Source: Coprobacillaceae bacterium (GTDB lineage Bacteria > Bacillota_I > Bacilli_A > Erysipelotrichales > Coprobacillaceae). From it: DNA of 32,000 bases. The stretch lies in NCBI GenBank assembly GCA_963675515.1, contig OY776328.1, forward strand, positions 1,800,001 through 1,832,000, given 5' to 3'. Shown one piece after another: positions 17,768 through 30,581 of the stretch. The position numbers were made by a program, and so were the translations under genes. The first letter of the stretch is position 1. Each line of letters begins with the position of its first letter. Under the pieces are notes generated by a model. It saw only the letters and a program-made list of their open reading frames with translations, was not told the origin of the DNA and did no database searches.

Positions 17768-18051
17768 GGCAGTTTATATATTTTTTCGGGCGACTTGCGA
17801 TAAAGAACGATAGTGTTTCCCATTATCTGGACCACATCGCTTTTTGTCCTTGCGCTCAGTTCGATTGCCGCCTCATTTTTTGAAAGCGGACAAGTTTCAA
17901 GCAACTTGACTTTCAATAATTCTTTTCTTTCCAGATATTCGTCAATCGCTTCAACCTGGTTTGCCGTGATTCCATCTTTCCCAATTTGAAAAAGCGGTTT
18001 TAGCTTATTGGCGATTGAACGGAGATATCTTTTTTGTTTTCCTGTCAACAT
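17764..18051 (-). CDS. yhbY: YhbY/YqeI CRM-domain RNA-binding protein
   Basis: LTGKQKRYLRSIANKLKPLFQIGKDGIT, 95 aa. Confidence 0.8.
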   Translation of the reverse strand: MLTGKQKRYLRSIANKLKPLFQIGKDGITANQVEAIDEYLERKELLKVKLLETCPLSKNEAAIELSARTKSDVVQIMGNTIVLYRKSPEKIYKLP

Positions 18052-18061
18052 ATTGTTCCTT

Positions 18062-19152
18062 TCATATTAACGCTTCGCGAACGAAGACACCGATTCCTTT
18101 TGGAACCATGATTTTTACTTTTCCGTTTTTCTGGCTTACTGTAAAAAAACCAAGGCCGGAGATAACTATATCCTGTTTGGTACCGTCAAGATTGAATGTG
18201 TATGATTGCATCTGTTCCACATCATCAATGCCCGCAATCTTGGGTGATAGCGTCGCATCGTTCTGGTAGACTCTTTTTGCATTTGCTGTCTTGGTCCGGT
18301 GGATCTTGATATCCCTAGGGAAGTAACAGACAAATGGCGTTTTTTCCCCTTGGAAGTAGTCAACCCGGGCCAGTCCGCCAAAGTAAAGTGTCTGGTCGGA
18401 GTTGATCTGGAAGTTCATTGGCCGCAGTTCCCCTTTGGGGACGATGGCATTCAAGTCATCCAAAGCCAACTGGTTGGCCATCTGATGTTCATTGACAATG
18501 CCCGGCGTGTCATACAGGCTGGATTTTTCATCAAGCTGGATTTCAATTATTCCAAGTGTGGTACCCGGAAATTCACTTGTCGTGATCAGATGATTGTTCT
18601 CGTTGGCATAATGTTTCAACAGAGCATTGATCAGCGATGATTTGCCGACATTGGTTACCCCGATCACATAAACATTCTTGCCTAAACGATAGCGGTTGAT
18701 CTTGTCGATTAGTTCATCAAGGTGGTAATTCGTCTTCCCCGATGAAAGGATCACATCAAGATATTTCAAGCCTTCGCTGTTGAGCTGGCGTCGCAGCCAG
18801 TGCTCGATCTTCTGGTCTTTGATTGATTTTGGCAGCACATCGCGTTTGTTTCCGACAATCAGGATGTTTTCACTGTTCAAATGACGGTTCAATCCGCTTA
18901 TAAGACTGCCGTTGAAGTCAAACAGATCAATAAGGTAGATATAAAGATTGTCCTTGTTCGAGATTTCTTCCAGGATGGCGAAATAATCGTTCCGTGTCAT
19001 CTGGGTTTTTGTAAGCTTGTGGTAATTTTTCATCTGGAAACAACGCTGGCACAAGACATGGTCTCGTGACAGGGCTGATTCAGGAGTGTAGCCGATACTT
19101 TCAGGGTCAGTCGTCTGAATGACTGCACCGCAGCCATAACATTTTATTTGCG

Positions 19153-19156
<4 letters not shown>
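18062..19156 (-). CDS. yqeH: Ribosome biogenesis GTPase YqeH (circularly permuted)
   Basis: An N-terminal Zn finger (CYGCG...CQRCF) is present, and G4 (GNKRD) precedes G1 (GVTNVGKSS). Confidence 0.85.
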
Positions 19157-23709
<4,553 letters not shown>

Positions 23710-23724
23710 GGCATGGGTGATAAA

Positions 23725-24327
23725 ATGTTAGAAATATTAATAATCGCACTGTCATATGTGTTTGGATCAATCCCTTTTGCGTTGGTGATTGGCAAGATAT
23801 TTTTCAAGAAGGATGTCCGCAACTATGGTTCAGGAAATCTGGGCGGAAGCAATGCCGGACGGGTTCTGGGCAAAAAAGTCGGAATATCCGTAATTTTGTT
23901 GGATGCATCCAAAGCTTTGATTTCCACGCTTATAGCCGGATATCTTAGTTCGCGCTTCGACTTGTACCCGGACTTGCGCTATTTTGCCGGTTTGGCCTGT
24001 GTCCTTGGGCATTGTTATCCGGTTTTCGCTTCTTTCAAGGGCGGCAAAGCCGTGTCGACCGCGGCGGGACTGCAGATTGCCATCGGACCACAGTTCGTTT
24101 TGCCTGGCTTTTTGATATTCATGCTCGTGCTTTATAAAAGCAAATACGTTTCGCTGTCCTCAATCATTACTGCGACATTCATGATCATAGTGACTTTCTT
24201 TTTGGATATCTCAATCACCGGTAAAGTGATCAATATCCTTGTAATGTCATTGCTGATATATCGCCACAAAAGCAATATCGGCAGACTGTTGAACCATACT
24301 GAAAATAAAGTGACTTACCTTGGCTAG
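23725..24327 (+). CDS. plsY: Glycerol-3-phosphate acyltransferase (acyl-phosphate dependent)
   Basis: MLEILIIALSYVFGSIPFALVIGK and SGNLGGSNAGR are present. The two upstream ATGs overlap the -10 box. Confidence 0.85.
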   Translation: MLEILIIALSYVFGSIPFALVIGKIFFKKDVRNYGSGNLGGSNAGRVLGKKVGISVILLDASKALISTLIAGYLSSRFDLYPDLRYFAGLACVLGHCYPVFASFKGGKAVSTAAGLQIAIGPQFVLPGFLIFMLVLYKSKYVSLSSIITATFMIIVTFFLDISITGKVINILVMSLLIYRHKSNIGRLLNHTENKVTYLG

Positions 24328-24346
24328 CCATTTGGCTGGCTTTTTT
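24323..24346 (+). terminator. plsY terminator
   Basis: GCTAGCC-attt-GGCTGGC (one G.U pair) followed by T6. It overlaps the stop codon. Confidence 0.7.
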
Positions 24347-24351
24347 GATAC

Positions 24352-24377
24352 AAAAAAAGCAGACAGGTCTTGTCTAC
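24352..24377 (-). terminator. Terminator of the yneF-phosphatase unit
   Basis: The - strand reads GTAGACA-agacc-TGTCTGC followed by T7. Confidence 0.7.
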
Positions 24378-25000
24378 TTGTTAAAACTTATCAAATTATC
24401 GCTTGGCAGGAAGCTAGAGTCGCCAATTCTTTTAATCGTTGTCTTATTATCCACAATTATCTCAGTCAAGGAACAACCTCTGACAACTTCCTGGTTAATC
24501 AATGTCAAATCCTCGATTGAAAGATTTTGAATCACTGCCTGCAAAACTATAAACGCCATTCCATGGGTTACGACAAAAACAGTCTGATTGGGATGTCTGG
24601 CTATAATTTCATCATAAAACGACTGCAGCCGGTCTTTTATTTCCCGATAAGACTCGCCGCCGGGAAGTCGCAAGTCCGGATGTGGCTTGTGCCACAGACC
24701 ATGATAATCATCCTGCTTTATAAGTTTTGTGACACTTTTCCCTTCATAATCCCCAAATGACATTTCCATCAGGCGGTCATCTTTGATTATTTCATGATCC
24801 GGGAAAATCAACTTCGCAGTTTGATATGCCCGGTCTATTGGTGAGCTGTAAACGACATCAATTTTCTCGTCTTTGAGAAACTCCCCAAGAATCTGAGCTT
24901 CTTCAATCCCTTTAGACGTCAATTTGGAATCCTTGCGCCCTTGCAACAGTCTTTGTTCATTCCAAATCGTCTTTGAATGCCTGGTGATAAATAAGCGCAT
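24374..25000 (-). CDS. Histidine phosphatase family protein (phosphoglycerate mutase-like)
   Basis: N-terminal FITRHSKTIWN (RHG-type motif) and a C-terminal VVTHGMAF His are present. Confidence 0.8.
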   Translation of the reverse strand: MRLFITRHSKTIWNEQRLLQGRKDSKLTSKGIEEAQILGEFLKDEKIDVVYSSPIDRAYQTAKLIFPDHEIIKDDRLMEMSFGDYEGKSVTKLIKQDDYHGLWHKPHPDLRLPGGESYREIKDRLQSFYDEIIARHPNQTVFVVTHGMAFIVLQAVIQNLSIEDLTLINQEVVRGCSLTEIIVDNKTTIKRIGDSSFLPSDNLISFNK

Positions 25001-25003
25001 TTG

Positions 25004-25210
25004 TTACTTGTATTGGTTGTTCATGTCACGCATGATTTTTTTGATTTGGGCTTCGCTTGGTTTTCGACCCATCTGCAAGTACATCGCTCTGATCATTTTT
25101 TCATTGATTGGCGGATTTTTTTGCAGTTCCTTTTTGAAGTAGTATCTTGCAGCGAAGAAACCTGCAACCAACCCCACAATAAGCCCCACAACTAAAAATA
25201 CGTATTCCAT
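25004..25210 (-). CDS. yneF: UPF0154 (YneF) small membrane protein
   Basis: 68 aa. One N-terminal TM segment is followed by KNPPINEKMIRAMYLQMGRKPSEAQIKKIM. The RBS is AGGAGG. Confidence 0.8.
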   Translation of the reverse strand: MEYVFLVVGLIVGLVAGFFAARYYFKKELQKNPPINEKMIRAMYLQMGRKPSEAQIKKIMRDMNNQYK

Positions 25211-25304
25211 TTGATTACCTCCTATATAGTTACTTTCTAACTATATCACAAAAAAATTAAAAATAAAACACATTTTCAATAGAAGACGGTCGCTATCAAA
25301 ATTA

Positions 25305-25336
25305 GAAAAAAAATAAAGCGAAGCTGCCGCTTCGCT
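25305..25336 (-). terminator. ynzC terminator
   Basis: AGCGAAGC-ggca-GCTTCGCT (8 bp) followed by TTATTTTTTTT on the - strand. Confidence 0.85.
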
Positions 25337-25553
25337 AATTCATCGTTTCCGGTTTTCTTCTGATTGGTGTGATGTCGTTGCCGTCTTCGTCAATTACTTT
25401 GACGCTATCAAGCCGTTGCTTGAAACCAGCCCGAAACTCCTCAAGATAACGTTGCCGCAGCAACTGTTGTTCGTGAAGTTCATCATCACTCAAGCCCGAT
25501 TCTTTCTTCTTTCGAGCAAGTTCGTTGATCCGATTTATTAATTTTTGATCCAT
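25335..25553 (-). CDS. ynzC: UPF0291 / DUF896 (YnzC) protein
   Basis: INRINELARKKKESGLSDDELHEQQLLRQRYL is present. AAGGAG lies 4 nt upstream of ATG 25553 (MDQKL), whereas the track start at 25574 has no RBS. Confidence 0.8.
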   Translation of the reverse strand: MDQKLINRINELARKKKESGLSDDELHEQQLLRQRYLEEFRAGFKQRLDSVKVIDEDGNDITPIRRKPETMN

Positions 25554-25718
25554 TTTACTCCTTATAATAACCAAGGAGTTGTTGAATTATCCCTGTTAAG
25601 TACAGGTGGGTGTCTTGAGAATGGTTTTAGGATCCCCACTCAAAGGTGGGCTTTCAACACCGCCAGTCTAGTCAGACTCCCATATTCAATATGTAGGAAA
25701 TTTATGTACCCCTTGGTC
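25554..25718 (-). promoter_or_regulatory. Candidate structured 5' leader or riboswitch-like RNA upstream of ynzC (class not recognised)
   Basis: Nested helices can be drawn: P1 25709-25717 with 25570-25578, P2 25682-25689 with 25582-25590, P3 25674-25681 with 25608-25615. Two hairpins lie at 25592-25606 and 25635-25650. The 3' strand of P1 can instead pair with the SD (25573-25579 with 25557-25563). Confidence 0.4.
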
Positions 25719-25724
25719 AATTAC

Positions 25725-25733
25725 ATTATAGCA
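25725..25733 (-). promoter_or_regulatory. Extended -10 (TGcTATAAT) that could start the ynzC leader
   Basis: The - strand reads atatGCTATAATg, 30 nt after the M16 stop codon. There is no good -35. Confidence 0.4.
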
Positions 25734-25763
25734 TATAATTTTTTAAATAATAGTCTTGACAAC

Positions 25764-27044
25764 TTATTTTTTGATAATCGTTACAGCCATCAATTCTTGT
25801 TTGAAATATTTTCGGACTGCCAATACTTCATCCAATGTGATGTCCTGCATCACATCGACAACCTCAAAGGAATTGACCCCTTCATAATAGTAACGGCTGA
25901 AGTTTGAAGCAATCGATTCATTAGAATTGAAAGCCAGAATGAAGTTTCCGATATCCCGTTTTTTCAGGCGCAGGAAGGTGGCTTCATCAATGGTTGTCTG
26001 ATCGATGTTTTTAACAAAACCAAGCAAAGTCTTTTCAAACATCTTTAAATCATCGCTATCGCCACCCATTTGAATGAAAGCAGTGTCCCGGCTTTGATGG
26101 AAGTTTGTTTCAAATGAACTGTTGATCAGCCCCTTTTCCATCCAGTCGTTGTAAAGATCAGATGATTTGGCAAATACGCAGTCAAAGAAGAGATTGAAGG
26201 CTATGTCCCGGCGCAATGCCATAAGCGGGTCGGTGAGGATTTCATTGACCTTGATTGACAAGTACAGCTTTTCGACATTGACATCCATCTTGATTTCCTG
26301 ATATTTGACTGCAATGTGTTCTGGCTCGTCAACTTTTTTGCGGACAATTTCCTGCTTTGGAGCGAACTGCTTTTGATGCTGGTTTGACCTTATCAATTCC
26401 ATGGTCTCTTCGATGTCGATATTACCTACGATAAACAGCATCATATTGTCGGGATGATAGAAAGTGTTGTAACATAAATCAAGTTCCGCTTTGGTTATCC
26501 GATTGACCGATTCGACTGTCCCCGCGATATCGGTATTGTTTGGGTGATTGACATATAATGCTGCGATTGATCCGAAATATAGCCGCCAGGAAGGATCATC
26601 GTCGTACATCCTTATTTCCTGCTCGATTATTCCCTTTTCCTTTTCAACCGCCTCTTCGGTCAGATCCAAGGCCTGCACAAAATCAAGAAGCAGTTCGATG
26701 CATTCGTTTTCCTTCTGAGTGGTTGAAAACAAATAAGAGGTCTGTGTGTTAGTCGTGTATGCATTCGAGCTTGCTCCAAGTTTGGCATACATCTCACTGG
26801 CATCTGTGCCATCCTTGGTGAAAAACATCTTATGTTCCAAAAAATGGGCGATTCCGTCATTGACCTTTATATATTCACTTTGGCCCCGGGGAATGAACTC
26901 ATTGTCATTCGAACCGAAATTTGTGGTGAAGATACCATAGGTCTTGACAAAGCCTTCTTTTTTAAGCAGGTAGACATTGAGCCCATTGTCCAGCAGTTCA
27001 TGAAACAGGGTTTCTTTCAAAGTGTGATAATACTTCTTATCCAT
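25764..27044 (-). CDS. M16-family zinc peptidase, catalytic subunit (YmfH-like)
   Basis: The inverted zinc motif HFLEH (GIAHFLEHKMF) is present. AGGAGGTG lies upstream of ATG 27044, so the GTG at 27053 is within the RBS. Confidence 0.8.
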   Translation of the reverse strand: MDKKYYHTLKETLFHELLDNGLNVYLLKKEGFVKTYGIFTTNFGSNDNEFIPRGQSEYIKVNDGIAHFLEHKMFFTKDGTDASEMYAKLGASSNAYTTNTQTSYLFSTTQKENECIELLLDFVQALDLTEEAVEKEKGIIEQEIRMYDDDPSWRLYFGSIAALYVNHPNNTDIAGTVESVNRITKAELDLCYNTFYHPDNMMLFIVGNIDIEETMELIRSNQHQKQFAPKQEIVRKKVDEPEHIAVKYQEIKMDVNVEKLYLSIKVNEILTDPLMALRRDIAFNLFFDCVFAKSSDLYNDWMEKGLINSSFETNFHQSRDTAFIQMGGDSDDLKMFEKTLLGFVKNIDQTTIDEATFLRLKKRDIGNFILAFNSNESIASNFSRYYYEGVNSFEVVDVMQDITLDEVLAVRKYFKQELMAVTIIKK

Positions 27045-28302
27045 TGGCGTCACCTCCTTTTAAAGTGAATATCGTATCGAGCCTGATGGTTTTTGCAACA
27101 TCGGACAAATCCGCCTTGGATACGCTTTGGATCTTGGACATATACACTTCCTCGTCAATGTCCAGATTTGCCAGCGACCGGTTGAATGTCCGGTTGATCA
27201 AGGACCGCGGCTCGTCATTGCCTTTTAGATACTGGGCCCGGTAGTAATTTTTGGCCAGATCTATCTGTTCATCATCGAAATCGCCATTTTTGATTCTTTC
27301 GATTTGTTCAAAGATTAGTTCCCTGGCTTTTTCCAGATTTGCGTTATCGACACCAGCATAGATGGTCAAAACGCAGTTGAAACTGTCATAGGACGATCCA
27401 ACATAATAACACAAGCTGTGTTTTTCCCTGACTTCCTGGAATAGCAATGATTGCGAATAACCGCCAAGAATGAAATTGAACATGATCATCGCATGTATCC
27501 TTGGATCATAGATGGACACTTTCGACGAAAATCCCATATTCAGTTTTGCCTGGTTTACTTGCTGGAGTTCGACGAGATCCTGAAGATGATCCCTGGTCGG
27601 CAGGAAAGGATAGACGGCAGGGTATTTTTTTTTGTTTTCGGGAAATATAAGATCCCGGGCAAAAACATCCTTGATGTCATTGTGATAATCACCACAGGCA
27701 AAAACGAACTTCTGGTCTTTTTTGATAATCATTTCAAGACAGTTTATAAGATCCTGTCTGCTTATTTTATCAATGTCCTCGATATATCCTGAGGGACTGA
27801 TTTCCAGGGGAGTGTCCTTACCCATGTTTTCATAAAGTTTGTTCATCGAGTAGATGATCTTGTCATCATATTGATTCTTGATCTGATTGACAAGATTAGT
27901 TTTGGCAATTTTGATTTTGTTCTCATTGAAACTTTCCATTTTCAAATAGGCGTCGTTCAAAAGATCATTGATCAGACAGATCTGCTTCTCGATAATATTC
28001 TCCTTGGTTGGCAGATACTCGTCATTGATAGCTGTGGAATATATGGAGATGTAATGATCGCAACCGGTGTACCCGGTTGAAATCGAGACATTCAATCCAT
28101 ACAATTCTTCGGCATAACGGACCAGTTCCTGGAGACCTTGGTGTTTTGATGTTCCTTCAATCAGCAATGATGAAAGAAGTTTTCGCACTGTAACGGTTTC
28201 TTTCGAAAGCGGCGCCACCAACCTAAGAACGACAGTTGATGTCTTGAATTTTTTGGTATTGATTATACCTAGCTGATAACCAGGCAAATTGAATCTTTCC
28301 AT
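27037..28302 (-). CDS. M16-family peptidase-like protein lacking the HxxEH motif (YmfF-like, probably non-catalytic partner)
   Basis: It has M16 length and layout but no HxxEH. Its stop overlaps the downstream M16 start by 8 nt. Confidence 0.7.
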   Translation of the reverse strand: MERFNLPGYQLGIINTKKFKTSTVVLRLVAPLSKETVTVRKLLSSLLIEGTSKHQGLQELVRYAEELYGLNVSISTGYTGCDHYISIYSTAINDEYLPTKENIIEKQICLINDLLNDAYLKMESFNENKIKIAKTNLVNQIKNQYDDKIIYSMNKLYENMGKDTPLEISPSGYIEDIDKISRQDLINCLEMIIKKDQKFVFACGDYHNDIKDVFARDLIFPENKKKYPAVYPFLPTRDHLQDLVELQQVNQAKLNMGFSSKVSIYDPRIHAMIMFNFILGGYSQSLLFQEVREKHSLCYYVGSSYDSFNCVLTIYAGVDNANLEKARELIFEQIERIKNGDFDDEQIDLAKNYYRAQYLKGNDEPRSLINRTFNRSLANLDIDEEVYMSKIQSVSKADLSDVAKTIRLDTIFTLKGGDANG

Positions 28303-28305
28303 AAT

Positions 28306-30540
28306 TTAAATTTCCTCCTGATTGGCACGGATGTATACTTCACGCGGTTTCGATCCCGATTGGGGGCCAATCACCCCCTCAGCCTCAAGACGGTCAATTA
28401 TCCGGGCCGCCTTATTGTAGCCGATGCGGAAATGACGCTGAAGCAGCGATGTCGACGCCTTTTGTACCTGGATTACAAAATCCCGGCATTTTTCATAGTC
28501 CTCATCATCGTTTTCAACTGAATCCCCAACACTTGAGCCCGCTTCGACTTTTGCTTCTTCAAATCTTTGGATATAGTTGGCATCCTGCTGGCTTTTGACA
28601 TAATCGACAATTGACTGCACTTCATCGTCTGACACATAGCAGCCCTGAAGCCTGGTAAGCACACTTGAGCCCTGCATTGAAAGGAGCATGTCCCCTTTTC
28701 CCAGCAGTTTTTCCGCCCCGGTCGAGTCGAGAATCGTCCGGGAGTCGATGCTTGAAGATACCGCAAAAGCGATTCTCGATGGGATATTGGCCTTGATGAC
28801 TCCGGTGATGATGTCGGTTGATGGTCTCTGGGTTGCCAAAATCATATGGATTCCTGCAGCCCGGGCTTTTTGCGAGATTCTCATGATGCAATCCTCGACA
28901 TCCTTGCTGGCAACCATCATCAAATCGGCCACTTCGTCTAAAATGACCACGATATAAGGTAGTTTTTCCTGATCCTGGATGATCCCTTTTTCAATGAATT
29001 CATTGTATGTTTCGATATTGCGGGCATTGCAGCTTAAAAAACGGTCATAGCGCAACTCCATTTCAGCCACTAGCTCATGCAAAACCGCGGCTGCTTTTTT
29101 AGGATCGGTAACGACCTTCGAAAGCAAGTGCGGGATATCATTGTAAATCGACAGTTCGACCTTTTTGGGGTCGACCAAAATCAGCTTCACCTCTTCTGGA
29201 GTTGCCCTCATCAGCAAGGAGCAGATTATCGTATTGATGCATACCGATTTACCTGAACCCGTAGCCCCAGCCACAAGCAGATGAGGGGTCTTGTTCAAGG
29301 GGACATATATCGATTTGCCCGAAATGTCCTTTCCAAGCCCCACCAGAAGCTTGCTTTGTTTGAGACTGGCAGGAATATCTTTTAGCACATCCTTGAAGGA
29401 CACATTGCTTGATTGTTCATTGGCAACCTCGATTCCGATAGCCGCTTTTCCCGGTATCGGTGCTTCAATCCTGATTTCCTTTGTTGCCAGGGCCAGCTTG
29501 ATGTCGTCATGAAGTGCGGTGATTTTGTTCACCCTAGTCCCGGGTTCGAGCGTCAATTCAAACTTGGTGACCGATGGTCCGATGAAAATATCGCTGACCT
29601 TGGCGACAACCCCGAACTCCTGAAGAACCTTTGCCAGGCGATCGGCGTTTTTCAAGGCCATTTCCCGATTGCGGTTAGGACTCTTGTTTTTGGAATCGCT
29701 AAGCAAACTCAGAGGTGGCAGCTGATAATTTTCATTTATCTTTACATGAGAAGTGAAACTCAATTCCTCTTTTTCCTGTTCATCCTTATAGGCTTCGACC
29801 ACAGCCGCCGGATTGCTTGAGCTTTTGACGTTTGGAACCGGGTTATCGATTGGCGGTTCAGGATTCAATCCCGATTCAGGGATAGGCGCTTTTTGCGATT
29901 CGTTGTTATAATCCTTGATGATTTTCTCATTGATCTTGCGGATGTTTTCTTTTTGTTTGGCTTTCTGGCTGTCAGAGATGTTTTTCTGGATATTTTTTTT
30001 GATCTGTTTGGTCTGATTGACAATCTTGTTTTGATATTCCACAAACGACTTACCGGCGATAATTCCAAGTCCCAAGAGGATCAGCAGCGAGCTAAAGACA
30101 ATCGTTCCCGAAGCAGCAAACAACACTCCAAGCATGGCAAACAAGCTCACACCGATAAGACCGCCGTGGCTGATGACATCACCTTGGAGATATTTTGAAA
30201 TCGTTGCAAGACCGCTAAGACTTGAAGGAATTGCGACAATAAGCAAAATCCCCAAGAGCCCAAGATAAAGACCTATCATCTTCACGGTGACCATCACTGG
30301 TTGAAGGCCGCGATAGATTACGGCTGCCGCATAACCCAGCGCCAGCGCGTAGATCAAAAAGCTGAAGTATCCAAACAGGTAAAACAAAGTCCCATCAACC
30401 AGGGAACCTACCAGTCCCAGTTTGAAAAAACCGATTCCTGCCAAAAAAGCGACAACCAGCCCGATGATCCGGTTGACCAGCTCATTTGAAAGATGGGTGC
30501 CTTTGTTTTTTGACTTGGTATTCTTGCTTGTTCTAGCCAT
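28306..30540 (-). CDS. ftsK: DNA translocase FtsK/SpoIIIE
   Basis: N-terminal TM segments are followed by a K/N/Q-rich linker. Walker A VAGATGSGKS, Walker B VVILDEVADL and the gamma winged helix LLQRHFRIGYNKAARIIDRLE are present. GGAGGC precedes ATG 30540. Confidence 0.85.
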   Translation of the reverse strand: MARTSKNTKSKNKGTHLSNELVNRIIGLVVAFLAGIGFFKLGLVGSLVDGTLFYLFGYFSFLIYALALGYAAAVIYRGLQPVMVTVKMIGLYLGLLGILLIVAIPSSLSGLATISKYLQGDVISHGGLIGVSLFAMLGVLFAASGTIVFSSLLILLGLGIIAGKSFVEYQNKIVNQTKQIKKNIQKNISDSQKAKQKENIRKINEKIIKDYNNESQKAPIPESGLNPEPPIDNPVPNVKSSSNPAAVVEAYKDEQEKEELSFTSHVKINENYQLPPLSLLSDSKNKSPNRNREMALKNADRLAKVLQEFGVVAKVSDIFIGPSVTKFELTLEPGTRVNKITALHDDIKLALATKEIRIEAPIPGKAAIGIEVANEQSSNVSFKDVLKDIPASLKQSKLLVGLGKDISGKSIYVPLNKTPHLLVAGATGSGKSVCINTIICSLLMRATPEEVKLILVDPKKVELSIYNDIPHLLSKVVTDPKKAAAVLHELVAEMELRYDRFLSCNARNIETYNEFIEKGIIQDQEKLPYIVVILDEVADLMMVASKDVEDCIMRISQKARAAGIHMILATQRPSTDIITGVIKANIPSRIAFAVSSSIDSRTILDSTGAEKLLGKGDMLLSMQGSSVLTRLQGCYVSDDEVQSIVDYVKSQQDANYIQRFEEAKVEAGSSVGDSVENDDEDYEKCRDFVIQVQKASTSLLQRHFRIGYNKAARIIDRLEAEGVIGPQSGSKPREVYIRANQEEI

Positions 30541-30554
30541 TTTTGCCTCCTTTT

Positions 30555-30581
30555 GAAAAAATAGCAAGTCACGCTTGCTAT
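30555..30581 (-). terminator. Hairpin plus U-run between rnj and ftsK (terminator or attenuator)
   Basis: ATAGCAAG-cgtga-CTTGCTAT followed by TTTTTC on the - strand. It overlaps the rnj stop codon and lies 15 nt upstream of the ftsK start. Confidence 0.6.

Noticed and set aside
25659-25670. The - strand reads TAGACTGGCGGTG, reminiscent of the GACUGGCG core of ZTP (pfl-motif) riboswitches.
   Set aside because: There is no downstream CCGCC pseudoknot partner. The gene context (ynzC) is unrelated to purine or folate metabolism, and the surrounding helices do not fit the pfl architecture.
25698-25712. TTTATGTACC, which shares a TATGTAC core with B. subtilis Ter (RTP-binding) sites.
   Set aside because: Only a 7-mer matches. 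RTP/Ter is restricted to close Bacillus relatives, and the sequence lies inside the structured ynzC leader, which explains it better.
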